Below, one piece after another: positions 1 to 14,989 of a DNA stretch of 64,000 bases. Location of the stretch: NCBI GenBank assembly GCA_964304625.1, contig OZ199839.1, positions 10,775,186 to 10,839,185 of the forward strand. Reading direction: 5' to 3'. Origin of the DNA: Kudoa neothunni (taxonomy: Eukaryota; Animalia; Cnidaria). Positions within the stretch are counted from its first letter, which is position 1. Every line of letters begins with the position of its first letter. Both the position numbers and the translations under genes were made by a program. Under the pieces are notes generated by a model. It was not told the origin of the DNA. It saw nothing but the letters and a program-made list of their open reading frames with translations, and did not search any database.

Positions 1-166
1 AATTTTGACAAGCTTAGTTATTTTACAATCAGCCTCGCTGAATACAGAAATTTCACACAGATCAAGTTAAGGGTTATCGGTAACTGAATCCAAACTTTAT
101 TATACGGCTACTTTTACGAAGTTGAATAATTTCTATCTATGTTGACCCTAGTATATTTAGAAAGTT

Positions 167-1310
167 ATGTCGACTGATGATTCTGATTGTTTTAGTAGTG
201 ACTTCAACGGTGATGAAACTTCTGACAGCGAATTGGAATTCGAAGGATTCCTATCGGATGCTTCGTTTTATGATGACATTCTTGATTCTCATGAATCTTC
301 AGAGGAATATGGAGATATTGATATTATATCAGTTTCAAAATCAGGGTATGAGTGAGAGTTTTCGAACATACTAAAGGAAAGAATGCGAACTCATAATTTT
401 GTTACCTCTGACCCTGAACTCATAGAAGCTCTCAATGTTGAATTTATGATAGATTTCTTCGCCTTATTTTTCTCAGAGTTTGTCCTAGAAAAAGTTTTGT
501 ACTATACAAATAAATTTATTCCAGAAAACGTCCGATATATTAATGAGAAAACCATATCAGTCAGTGGAAGTGTTAAAAGCTTTTTTAGGTGGTTTCGATC
601 GATTCTGGAAACGCAACGGATGAAAATTGTCATTCAAACAAGTGTGGGTATACAAATCCACTTTTTAAACAAAGTTTTTTTCACCTGTGATATCTAGGGA
701 CAGATTTAACACGATATATCGTACAATACGATTTGACGATAGACAAACGAGAACATCAAGGTTCAAAATTACTGGGGATAAGTTAGAGCCTATCCATGAG
801 ATTTTCGATCTCATTAATTCATCGTTCCTTCAGAACTATTCTCCCGGCTCCCATATTATTGTTGACGAACGAATGACCGGGTTCAAAAGTGGGTGCCCTT
901 TTCGTATTTATATAAAACGTAAATCTGAACGCTGTGGATTGAAGTTGTGGGTGGCCCCAGATGTGGTTACATCTTATCTCCTCAGTATCCAGCCATATAT
1001 TGGAAAACTTGATGGGGAAAAAGAAGAAACCCTGGGAGAAAGAGTGGTGAAAGATCTTGTTTCTCCATATTATAAAACCGATCGAGGTGTCAGCACAGAT
1101 AAATTCCTCACCAATGTTCCTCTTGCTTCATTTTTCTTAGAGAAGAACCTCACCTTTACAGGCACAACGAGACGAAACAATCGTTACATTCCACCAAAAC
1201 TATTGGACCTGAAAGATCGAGAGGGATAAAATCATCCCCATTTTGTTTTGCTGATGCATAAAAATGTGATTAATGTCACTATCACATCAAGTTTCATTTT
1301 TTAAGCACAT
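167..1310 (+). mobile_element. Decayed piggyBac transposase (N-terminal and catalytic part)
   Basis: Acidic N-terminus (167-355), then frameshifted ORFs 383-697 and 687-1229 with piggyBac DDD motifs: SRDRF..I...IRFDD, IIVDERM..FK.GCPFR.YI..K..R.GLK.W, TD.F.T.V.LA..L.....TFTGT.R.N. Stops and frameshifts indicate it is inactive. Confidence 0.9.
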
Positions 1311-2496
1311 TGCGCAAGATAATACTGATAAATATGACCAAGTTAGCATATGAAATTCACAAACTAAATGCTCTAACCGCGAATAAAAAATGTTTTATTT
1401 AGTACAAGGATATAAACGTTTAATTTTTAAATAATCAAAAAAGTTAATCCTTTCAAAAGAATATTTGTGCTATGTTAACATTTTTTTATTTAATATGAAG
1501 GTAGCGTTGTTTACAAGAACTGGAATGATTATTATTTTTTATATTTACTAGAATTAAGAAATTATCAAACAAAATCGATTGTGATTTATATGAATTAATT
1601 AAAATAAGTGCAATTAATTGTTTTATGATAACCACAAACTAAATCCTTCTTAAGTTCCTCAGAAAAAAATACGATAATGTATAATTTGCGAGAGCGCAAG
1701 TAACAGAAAGTGTAAAATAAAATCATATTGGTAGGTGGTAGAATTTAATTGTCAGAAAACACTATAAACATAGATTGTATAAATCGTTAATGTTAATTGT
1801 TCAGGTAAAATAATTTTTTAATAGAACAGGAGTTACATGTAAATAATAACCTAGTATAATTATTCTTGTCTAAAAAGGAATATTTTAGCAGCATAAACAA
1901 AGAAGTGTACAATAAAGTAGTACCGCAATATTCAAATTAACGTTATTCTTCGGACCTTATGCTCTATCCCTGTCGTTGTGTCAGTCCCAAGGTTCGAGTG
2001 TTAAACACGTTTTAACGTTGTTATTCTTTATCCTGTTGCTATAGACTCTAGTACATATTTTAATCTATTTGGTAATGATTTTTTTTATATATTTCGCATT
2101 TGTTCGTATGCATGTAACACTTATTCCAAGGATTTATTACATTTTTATGTTAAATTTCTTTCAGCATGAAATAATTAAAATAATACTTTTTACATGTATT
2201 AATTGTAATTATGAGATTTCGCAAGCATAATCAAAAAACATATATTAAAAATGACTCCCAACATTCCCGGTGTAATTTTTCTGAGCACCGTCCTTCGAGG
2301 GTTAACGAGTCTCGAAAAATTAATATGACATTATTTAAACATTACCTTGAAACCATTAGGGTGTATAACACTAATAGGTTATTATTAAAATGATGATTTC
2401 TAAATTATTTCATTCATTAAAAATTGCACATTTGGCACAATCAATTTAATTATTTAAAAACTTCTTATGAGTTTAAAGGTGTTATAGCTTTTTTCA

Positions 2497-3841
<1,345 letters not shown>

Positions 3842-3958
3842 TTAAAGTATGAAAAAGAAAATTTGATCCAAATGTGTCAAACTAGATCACAGGTTACTGA
3901 AATTGCGTACGCAACCCATAACACACGTCGTGTAGCGTGTGTTGCTTTAACACGTTAT

Positions 3959-4600
3959 TTAACACTAGTAAGTACGCCCAAAAATATTACACTACTGCAA
4001 ACAGGGTCCAATGGACTCAGTTTGTAAAATGAGATTTTATGTTTGTTAATGTTTTATAAATATTCTAGAAACCAGCATAAATTTATTGTTAAGCTTTTTT
4101 AAATAAATAATATAATGATTTATAGTCAACCTACAGAAATATGAAGAAAAACACACCATTACTAAAAAAACGACAACATTGAAGAATTCAACCAAATCAT
4201 GGGATTTATAATAAAAAACAAATAATTAGTTCCAACTGTAACAAGAACAGAATAATGTTGTTCACACACATTTTGCCTGCATTTAGAGTAGATAGCATTT
4301 GTTTTTATATGTGTTGAGCATGGGGAAAAATGGCATCTTTTCTTGTCACCACTCCCATTATATTTCGGCAATGTTGAAAGTGGAAGATCAATTTTATCGT
4401 TTACGTTCTTTTCAACAATCTCATCAATTAAATTTTGTAAAATATTGACGTCTTGTTCTGCTTTTGTATTTTAGTATGAATTCTTTATATTTATTTAAAT
4501 GCACAATCATTGAGTTGTAACCAGCGATGTCATGGATTTTGGAAAAATATTGTGGGTGACTATCTGAGAGTTTTTCCTCTTACAATGTCGAATTTTTCGA
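3959..4600 (-). mobile_element. piggyBac remnant, 3' end (C-terminal Cys-rich domain and terminus)
   Basis: Minus strand reads STCKRKTLR*..IFF...DIAGYNSMIV, then KKRCHFSPC...TNAIYSKCRQNVCEQH (piggyBac cysteine-rich domain). TTAA followed by CAC at 3959 marks a likely terminus. Confidence 0.75.
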
Positions 4601-6021
4601 GTTTTCCGGTAATCATTTTGATTGCATCATTAGCGGAAAACTTAATGCACTACTAATCGTTACACGAGGTCAACAAAAGATTAATCTGTTACCATTCCTA
4701 ATTATTATTTTTAGAAAATATTTACAAACGTCCATAATTTGATTCGTTATAAAAATTTAATGATATAACTAAACTAACATAACAAAGAACAGAATATGGA
4801 ATGATTCTTCCTTTAAAGTACATGGAAAGAAATAACTAAAAATTAAAAAATTTTATTTTATATTAATTTTTTTAATAAACATAGTAATCTTCATATTGGC
4901 TTATAAAACATATTTTGGATTTTGGATTTTGAATTTGTTTTGCCAAATTATTTTGTTGTAGTCTACGTTATTACTTGAAAAATTACGATAATAACTAATT
5001 TTGTTGTGCATACAACTTAATCTCCTTCTTAAAACATTCGACAACTAGCATTACATTGTGCTTATTTAGGTCCTCTTATCAATATCGCATATTATGATTT
5101 GAATAAAAAGTTTTAAATATATTAAAGTTTTAGTTTTTTTTCAAATTAATTTTAATTAATTTATGATAAAGAATTGAAAGATTCTATGGATAGCTAAATA
5201 TTACAAAAATCATTTTCCATGGATATTTATAATCTATAAATTCTTGAAATTAGAATAAAAAATATTGTTTATCATTTTTAGTTCAATAATATACAAAAAA
5301 ATAATTTACTACAATTAAGTCGCTTTATTTGATCAATTTATACTTGGAGCAAAAAGAGGTCTACTGAACCTTTGTGTAACATTTTGAAAAAGCTGATAAA
5401 AACCATACATAAAGGGAAAATTATTTTTGATTCCAATGAATATAATTCCATTAAAATTATGATATAATTTACGTAACATTAATTTTCTTATATAGAATAT
5501 CCCTATAATTTTATATGAATTTAATTAAATTTTGGACCAAAAATGGGCCCACTGAGCTTTCTAGGGTTATAGTAAAGGGTAAGATATTATTATTAATTTC
5601 TCTATATACGATGTACATTAATGTTAAAATCTGCCGTTGTACTTATACTTGGAAAAAAGTATGTAACTATAATCTTATAGAGGCGAGACAACTAGGGGAG
5701 CCAATTGAGTATGATTTATGATGAAAATCATATTTGTTGTGGTAAATTTTCTAATATATTTGTTTTTTGCTGTATGACTAGATTATAAATATCAGTGTAA
5801 ATTCACAAGTATCTAAAATTTTTCTGATATATACATTGATGTTACGTTGTTAATAAATTTTATAAATGATATTTTCTCTATCAGTATAATTTCGCATTTT
5901 ATTATATATCGAATTAGAATGTTGATGAGTACATCACAAATATTTGTATTTGTTCTAGTAAAAAGCTGAAAATACTTTTATATTATTAAAGATATCTGGG
6001 GAGGGGGTCGACAAAAAAAAA

Positions 6022-6035
6022 TTTGGAGACCCCTA
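6022..6035 (-). mobile_element. Isolated hAT-like terminal inverted repeat fragment
   Basis: tttggagaccccta, reverse complement TAGGGGTCTCCAAA, resembles hAT/Charlie-type termini. No partner end was identified. Confidence 0.3.
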
Positions 6036-7057
6036 TTGTAGACTATTAATTTATATGATTTCTTCAAGATTTTTTAGGCTATTCGCAACAGTCCTATCCA
6101 GCGATTTTGGAATAGCATCGATTTTTATTGAGACTAGCTCAAATCACTTCTTAGTAATTGAATCTAGTTATTAATGCTAAATATTTTATATGTCGTATAA
6201 GATAATTTAAGTAAATTTAAACAATAGTTTTGGCCAATATAAATTATAATAACGAATTGGGTTCATGTCAAATCGTTTACACATTAATCTTCCCATGATC
6301 ACTATCACGTTGATACATTGGGTGATAGAATGGTTACTAATCCCCCGAAACTGTGAAAATAATGTGTAAGAATATCACATTCAATTTGACTCTTTATTCG
6401 GCACGATCATATAGTAAACATATAATGCTGTTCAACCTTCTAAGTGTAGTGATGAATTTTTAATCTTCAATTTTATATATCAAACTCAGAAGTAATTTTT
6501 TTATATTGCAAGTTATCTCGTATTATTTTATCTTATCTAACTAAAAAAGTAAACAAACAAATTTATTTATTTATTCGAAAACAAAATTTATACACAAACA
6601 CCCTCCAAGTACGTTTAGGGTATTTTTATATCCTGTACGCTTTTACTCAAAATGTTTTAAAATAAAATTTTTTTATTCTCTGTATATTTTTTTTTTACTG
6701 ATTTCAAGTCTCTTATTCTCTAGTGAGGCTCCTACAATCGATCGATATTTTTGTGAAAATTATCCAATTGATTTTGATTTCGTTTCTTCAATGCCTTTAC
6801 GGATGACATTTAGAGGATAAACTAAAGTGTTTTTACAGTTGTATAATTGACTCCTGTTTGATAACAATGTTGTAATATTGTATTATATTTTCCTTCTGTT
6901 ATTAGATTTAATTTGTTGTCATTAAATTTAATCAATTTTTTAAAACAAAATATGGCAAGAAAAACTTCGTAAAATAATAAATCATGTGATCAGCTTGACT
7001 TTAAATAGGAATGGCTGTTAGCTCGGTAAATAATATTCAAGTGACGCTAGTTTTTGA

Positions 7058-7118
7058 CTACGTTCAATTATACCTGGCCCGCCGCTACGCTCTTGGGGTC
7101 AGGAATAATTAAATGTAG
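7058..7118 (+). other. Imperfect 23-bp inverted repeat / hairpin
   Basis: ctacgttcaattatacctggccc pairs with gggtcaggaataattaaatgtag. As + strand RNA it has 2 G-U pairs and 2 mismatches, with a 15-nt loop. Confidence 0.75.
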
Positions 7119-7535
7119 CTGATTTAAAAAATAAAATCTGCGAACAGCTCACAAGTAAGAGTTCTTGAGACTACATATTTCTACTGTGCAAGCGTACATG
7201 CCATGCATACATGGGGTTTAGGATCAAATTTTACTGTGTCAATAGCCCCTGCCAATAATAATAATAATAATAATAAACTCAGCAATATAACCGCGCGTAG
7301 TCATAGTCAAGAGATAAGCCAAATGTCAAATCCAATTTTAAAAATTTATCAAAAAAAAACATAAGCGTTTTTCACAATAACAACCAAACACTAAATAAAT
7401 CACGCAATAAATTAAACCCAATACTAGAAGAAAATATGATGCGAAGAGAGACCCCAAAAAATCAACGGAATCCAAAGAACAAAAAACAGCCACATTAATG
7501 ATCACTATGTTTTCACATGAAGCGAAGTACAACTT

Positions 7536-10022
7536 TTACAAGTCAAACATAGAATCGCAGGTGTCTATATCACGATATCTTCCGTACGATCTAGGATTTC
7601 GTAAATGGGAGTGTTCAGTCGAATGGAGTGACAAGTCTTTGACAGAAACACTTAGATTTTCAGCCTTGGACTCAGAACCTCTAGTGAAGTGGGATGTCTT
7701 TTGAAGGGCATCACCTAAACACAAAAGGTCATAATAAGCCAATCATTAGTTTAGTATAGAAACCGATGATTACCATTGGTTCTAGATCTTTTTTTGAACG
7801 AATTGAAGTTGAAGGGTAAATTCTTGAACCGGCTTTTCACAAAATTATTAAAATATACAACATCGATTCGTAGCTGCAAAAGTTTATCGGTGTGTTTTGT
7901 GAGTATGTGTTTTCGAACGTATTCGGGGCTTTTAAATTTTTTCATTGAAAGTGGGCACAAGAATTTTTCGTCGGTAATTTTCTGGGTGTTAGCTTCGATG
8001 AAAGCTTCTACCTCTCTGCACAAAACAAACCAATCAATATCATACAATGGCAATTATGTTTTACTTTTCGACATCTTTTAGTTCTGTTACCGAAACGGTG
8101 CTATCTTCTTCATCGTTGTCGTTAACGAGTGGGTCGAATTTGGCGGACATTTCCGACTTGTAACTTTCAAGTGCTTCCTCATCAGTGACCTTTAACATTT
8201 GATCATCGATATTTAGCAACGAGTCTGTTTCTTTGTTGGAATCATTCTCAGAACAGGCTCGAATTGTGATTGTGCTGCATCTCACATTTCTGAGATGTTC
8301 ATAGGGATAGTCGGTCAACGCATAATAATCAATAGAATAAACAACTCTCAGGTAGAGAATAGCTGGGTCGAGTATATGTTTTATGTGTTCGATGTCAATA
8401 CTTTCCGAGGATTGTATCAACAGTTGTTGATGAAGTTCACGTAAGGGGTTTAAAATGGGATTCTCTGACGGCAATTCTATTCCATTGAAAAACTGGGTGT
8501 CTTCTGGCGACAACAATTTGTCGTAAGCAGCAACAATTCCATCGAAAGTAGTTGTTAAAGACACGTCATCTTCGGGGGTGCTTTCAGTGTTGATAGACAT
8601 GAGAAAATTGTTGTCGATAGGTTCCACTTTGTTGAACACATTATATTTGGTATCGAGTTTTTCAATCAAATCACACACATAATGCACATCGTAGATGATC
8701 ATGTCGAGAGTGTGATTGTGACCTTTTTTCAATTCCTCACATTTGACACGTCTCGTAAGCTCATAGTTGGGTCGTACATATAGACTGTTGTTGTCACGGA
8801 ATTTGGTTGAGTTGATTTTATCGGTGATTTCACGCACGTCACTATCATTCTTGAAAGAAATGTATGCACGTCGAAAATCTTTTCTACCCAAAATTGGCTC
8901 CGATACATACACACGTAAAAATCCATCAATATCTTTGTAGGTGTTGTAGATTTCATCACGAGACGCATCAACTGGAATAGCTCTAATATTGAAACCAACA
9001 ATGTGATGTTTTCCATCGACGTTGCACTCATTGGTGAAATCAGGCCGTAGATTTTCCTGAGTGAAACCACCATCAGTGACGTCGGTGATATTAAGTTTGC
9101 TTCGTTGATGGGATTTTTCATCAAAATCCAACTCATCATTCGGCGAAGACGATTCATTATTTTCATTGTTTGTAGTCTCAGCTTTGACAGCATGTTTCTC
9201 GTGTAACGCATCCTTGCATTTGTTCAATTCGTCCATATCTCCACACTCCAATAGGATATTCAAAAAAATGAGAAATTGGTGCAATTTCTGATACACACCT
9301 TTCGAGTTAGAATCCAACACAAGATCACTTATCAAACCTTGATTACACAAAATCACAAATATATGCAATCTGATTTGAAGGCATTTTCGGTGAAAATTCG
9401 ATTCACACTTTTTCCACCATGGATGAAACTTCAGAATCAACCAATCACATTGTTTATAATTTTTGAAAAATGGATCAAGTTGTTGATTGGAAAACATTTT
9501 CACATATTCGTAATAAGCATTAACCGCTTCCTCCGGACCCACATGGTCATCCAGTGTTAGAACAAAATCTTTGAAATTGTTCATGCGAGGCACAACACTG
9601 TTATAGGAGGGGACCGAGGACTCAAATGTTATTTGATTGGAGTAATTGTTGCTGGTGGCGGAATAGCGGGTACGTTTATGTGGAGTGTAATGATCGTGTT
9701 CCTTCGGAGAGCGATCTCCATTGCCACTGTATCTGGAGCTCCGGTAGTGGCGATAATTGTTGTCCCTGTAGTGGGATCTACTATGATTGAACATCTCATT
9801 GTGTGTACGTTTGCGATAGTTATTAGATGGACGATAGGTGTTTGACAGCCGTCTGTAACCTCCTCCGCCACCTGGACTTTCATCACTGCTTGAATCGGAA
9901 AATGCATCAATAGAAAGATGTTTGCGTAAAGCCTTGTTTCCAGATTGTTTTCGGTTGCTATCTTGCATTGTTCCAGGAGTATCTATCTGGTTGGCATTGT
10001 CACTTCGTACTGATTCTGGCAT
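7536..10022 (-). CDS. SRRT: Serrate RNA effector / Ars2
   Basis: Exon 1 runs about 10022-8065, with introns at 8064-8016 (49 nt) and 7773-7715 (59 nt). Motifs: W...KFHP, degenerate [18 protein letters not shown], zinc finger [26 protein letters not shown]-terminal YRDID. Confidence 0.92.
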
Positions 10023-10772
10023 CGCTTCAATCAACCACTCCTTGATTTAGAATGTGGTGCTTGCGCATACTCCAATAACAAAAATGCGACTTAACGCTGT
10101 AAGCACTTGAATTCGACCAAATACTAATTTATCTTCAAGTACCACTTAGAAAGATCATATAAAAATTCAAACTCTAAATTTAGTTGAAAAATATAATATA
10201 GCATCTATTTTAATATATGTATAAGATTTACAGTTATTTAGTTGAAAAAAATTTGAAATTTTAAGCAAAATTGATTTCCTTATTAAATTATAATTATCGC
10301 GATTAGCTAACTTAATGATACTATAGTAAGGTAATTGATATTACGCATTTATTCGGGTAAACGCGCCTGCGCACTAATATAAAAATCAGTGAATTTTGTG
10401 TTGAACTAATGCACTCTTTATTAAAACTCACAATACATACATACATACTTATATGAAATAGCTCTGAGTTGTTTTTAAAGTATGAGTTTCGATATAATAT
10501 TTATATGAATGAAATGTGAGATTATATTGTATGTGAGGTGCTTTAAATAACCCTTTTTGTATGTTTTCCGCTTGATTTAACACCGTCGGAATAGTGGAGC
10601 AAAATTGGGGTTTATATAATAGTTGGAAACTCAAATAAGGTCTAATCGAGCGTTGTCGGTATCAAATAAACTTTTGATATAAATTAATGAAAATGGGATC
10701 GTCGTTTATTTTTGTTGAATCTTTATGACTCATATTTGACGAGTGTTGAGAAATATGTGTTTCTGATATTAA

Positions 10773-13591
10773 CCCTCTAACGGACTTTAGGGTCTGTAGT
10801 GTCATGTTGGTAGATTAACAAACCATTCGATAGGGGGCGTAATTATTATTATTGTTATTATTATTGTTGCTTTGTGGTGTCTCTCTCTCTCTCTCTTGCG
10901 TTCACAGTATGTAGGACCCCCTGTTTTTTGGCTTAATCTAATTAAATAATTATGGAAATGTGATCCTTGAATCATCACAAAATTCCATCTACACAATATT
11001 TATAAAATCACACTTTACTTATTAAATTAATCCTCAATAATCAGATCTGGCGCTATTTTGCAGTCATGCGCAATGAATATAAATATGCAAATTTTGAAGG
11101 ATGTTAATCAAATAGGTGAAAATGCAGAATATGGTCAACACGTGCGAAAATAATCCACGTGGATTAACGAAAACCCCTCTAAAATGAAATTATTATAACT
11201 TGTTGCTTATCTATCTAATTACGACAGCGTATTAAGTTCTTGTTTCAAAAATAAACTTGAAAGCTGGCGCCAAATGTTTGTCCTCAATGTGGAATGCAAA
11301 GGAGATCAATCAATTTTAATTATATTGACTATCTCATATGGAGTTGTCGTTTAAATGGTTGTAACACAAAACTTTCGATATAATCCAATTCATTTTTTAG
11401 CAATTCGAAGAGGCCATTTTCAAATATTGTTCTTTTTATTCATTTATGGGTGAATAACTAACCATCTGGAATAATAATTAATGATTTTGAGTACGCATCC
11501 CATACAGTAGTGGATTGGAATCGTTTCATAAGATCATTTGGTGTTGATCATTACGAACGAAACCTCATCGACAAGATAGGAGGACGAAATAAGATTGTGG
11601 AACTTGATGAAACCATCATTGTCCGACGTAAATATAATCGCGGAAGAGTTATATACGAACAATGGCTCTTCGGAGGGATATGTCGCAAACAAGATTAAAA
11701 CCACAGTTTTGAAACTTTTGTTGAGTTCGTTGACGACAGAACGGCATCAACTCTTATTGGAATTATTCAGTGATGGATTGAGCTAGGCACTACTATTATT
11801 ACTGACGGATGGCGAGGTTACAACAATATTGGGCAACTTGGGATGAATCATTTTGTAATCATGCATGATGAAAACTTTGTTGATCCAGAAAATCGTGAGG
11901 TTCATACCCAAAACACTCAAAATCTTTGGCTACGTTTAAACGTTTAAAAAGGCTACGACGAGCCAAACGAACCCATAGAAACCCCCATGACTGGCAATGG
12001 GAATACATTACCGAATTTTTGTTTTGAAAACAAAAGAGCATTTATTCAGCTCGCTAAAAAATGAGACAACTCTAAACTATAAATTTTAATTTATAAATTA
12101 TAGATTATTAGAGTTTTTATTAATCTTCCTGAATTATTTGCGCTTGCGCGGTTACTATCTACATTTTTACCCAGTTGTGTAATTGTGTATTAGGAGTAAG
12201 ATTACAATTTGAATTCTCACACACTAACAATGTGATATTTTCATCCTATCATTTCCGTACAAAATTTACCACTTTTTTTTAAGTTGAAATCTTATTTGAT
12301 CAATATATATTGGAATCAGTTCTTATGTAATTGCTTTCGTTTATAATTCTTTTCAATTGTTGGATGTACAAAGTTAAAATCAACTCATTTAAGAAATCAC
12401 ACCTTTACATATTTTTCTCTTCGAAGATATGTTTATATAGACACATTCAATCGACCAATTTTACGTTTAATGTATAGAACCCACCATAGGCCACATTCAG
12501 CTAAAATAGCTGAATTCATAGACATGTATTGCTTAAATGAGCATCTTCGTTTGAATATGCTCATTTAGGCTGCTTATCAACAGTAATATCTTCATTAGAA
12601 TACAAACGCAGTCAAGATTCCAGCCCCCATGTGTAAATATGTTAAGACTTGGACAAAACTTGCCTAATTTCATCCTTTCAGATCTGATATTTGATCATCA
12701 AAATATAGGTACCTTAATATTTACTGAAAACACTTGAAGAGAAAGAATACACATATGCTTTACGATCAACCGAATTAAATTATTCTAGCATAGGCTCTTC
12801 TCAGTCCTTACGTGCACCAGTTAAAATTAGGGTTCCAACAAATTCCCTCAGTCCAACTTCATCCATGTTGGTCTGAGATTTATGAAATGTAATTTCCAAA
12901 TTATATTAGCGAGCATTATTATCACCTGACAAACAGCAACAACAATAAAAATATATTGAAACTATCCAAAATGTGTTCTGGGTTCTCTACAAACAAAAAG
13001 CAATTGGGCTAGAATTACATTTCATGATATTCTAAACTGATTTCCTTGAAGATGGTGGCCAGCTTAGTTATAAAATTATTCCGCTTTTGTTGTTTGCAGA
13101 ATTTGTTGATAACTTAGCTATTGATATTTCATTCGACCATTTATATACTTCAATTGTTGTTTCATCAAAATCGTTACTAATAGATTGGAATTTGCCGCTG
13201 AAATAACGATAACGGCTCTTCGTTGTCCAAAACACCATTTATTAATAAAAAGGGAACATGTACTGAGTGAAACACTTTAAATGCTTCAAAAATTTAACTT
13301 TACCAATTAAAATGTTATTACTAAAAAAAATAAAGAGAATATTTTTAAATTAACTAATTTTTCTAGTTTATACACTGTGATTATAAGCAAATAACAACGA
13401 CAGATAACGGGGCTCCGGTGAATCTTTTCGTAACAAATTATCAAGGACTAACTCGTATAGTGATCACTGATTTTATTGATATTGTGTCGATAGAATTACT
13501 TAATATTCCATAGATCGCATTTTCCTAATTTTTCAATTAGATCAAGTCAAAAAAACCTGGGGTCCCACAGACTCCAAAGTCCGCTGGAGGA
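10773..13591 (-). mobile_element. Decayed piggyBac element with both TIRs, carrying nested insertions
   Basis: TTAA at 10769 plus ccctctaacggactttagggtctgtag matches the reverse complement of cccacagactccaaagtccgctggagg (about 13564-13590). Minus-strand remnants MDEVGLREFVGTLILTG and RCSFKQYM lie at about 12400-13250. Confidence 0.8.
11049..12158 (+). mobile_element. Merlin (IS1595/ISXO2-like) transposase pseudogene nested in piggyBac
   Basis: IGG.NKIVELDETIIVRRKYNRGR....QWLFGGI, then after frameshifts V.DRTA.TL..II..WI..GTTIITDGWRGY and ENFVDP....VHTQN. Element boundaries are approximate. Confidence 0.88.
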
Positions 13592-14989
13592 TGGATTTTG
13601 ATTTTCATGTCATGCCATGTAATAGCAGCTATAATCTACAAATACAGCAATATATACTTTACATAAATATAGAGGAATAACCAAGATTACAGACTTGGAC
13701 GTATATTAGAAAAAATTTTATGGGCAATATAACTCAACGTTCGGAAAAATTCTCCCAAATTGGGAATGCGAGAATCCGCTGTGGATCATTACATCAAAAT
13801 CCCCAAAGTTAATTAGATGATTTTTCACTTATTTAATTCACATTAAAATATTGGATTAGGGTTATTTTGTTAAATACTTCCCTAATAATCTGGCGAATAA
13901 TTTAAATTTTATTATATTAGCCATAAAATTTTATTATAGACATTTTTTTCGTTTTTTAATTTAAATTTGTAAAAATAGAACTAAACTTGATATGACAATT
14001 TACGTAAAAATAATTTGACCGTAGGAAAATAAGTTTTACGAAACAATTTATTTTAAGAAATTAAGCTCCAAATTAATTTCAATTAACCCATGTGTGTTTA
14101 ATGTTGATTTAAAATGTAAATGAACACGAGAAAGAATTGCATCTCCATGGTGTTCTATTTTGAATACATTTTTTTAAATAATTTTTAAAATTTTATGACG
14201 ATTTTTATATGTTTAAAAACAAATTAAAAATAGTTATATTAAAATATAATATAAGAATAGGCTTCAAAAAATTTGAAACGGCGTCATTTTTAGAAATGGA
14301 TTAAAAAATAATCGTAACACATTCCATTAAATATTTGTGTTAAAATATAATTTTTCATTGTTTTAAAACATTCATATATATTTTTATAAAGTTTTGACAT
14401 TAATTTAAAAATGTTATACGGGGATTATTATTTTTTATTATCTTATAAATCATTATTTATAATTATATACCTAATTCGAGATGAAATGCTGTATGTATTA
14501 AAACTCAATATTTTTGGATATGGATTAGCAATTTATTGCACATTTTTTTAGAAGCTTCAGTTTTAAATATTTTTCGATATGGAATAGTTTTGATAATGAG
14601 AAGCTGACATCAAAATTGACGCATTTGCACCAAAAAATCGATATAAACATATTGATTAAATTTATTTATTTTGTTTTCAGATCAAATGCAAAATAAGTTT
14701 AAACGCATTTTGAAGACTGTAAAATTTTCACCTAGTTATAATACATACGACTAAGATTTTTATTTAATTTCTATTTTTTATTGTAATTTGATGATAATGA
14801 CTGACAAAAACTATTTGAGAATTTAACTTTTTCGATCGTAATAATTAAGGTTGGTAATTTTGGACGTCTATTTTCCCCCAAATCGATGGGTTTTATCGAC
14901 CGAAATAAAAAAAATTTAAATTCGACTTTCATTTTAGCAACAAAAATTCAGAACTTACAAAGAAATATATTGTAGAATTCTAATTTTAG

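Noticed and set aside
1991-1998. GGTTCGA T-loop-like motifs (also about 20033, 47737, 55426)
   Set aside because: No cloverleaf or acceptor stem could be built around them.
8729-9910. Overlapping alternative-frame and antisense ORFs in SRRT, and antisense ORFs at 55433-56685 and 62835-63564
   Set aside because: These are shadows of real coding sequence or repeats, with no independent motifs.
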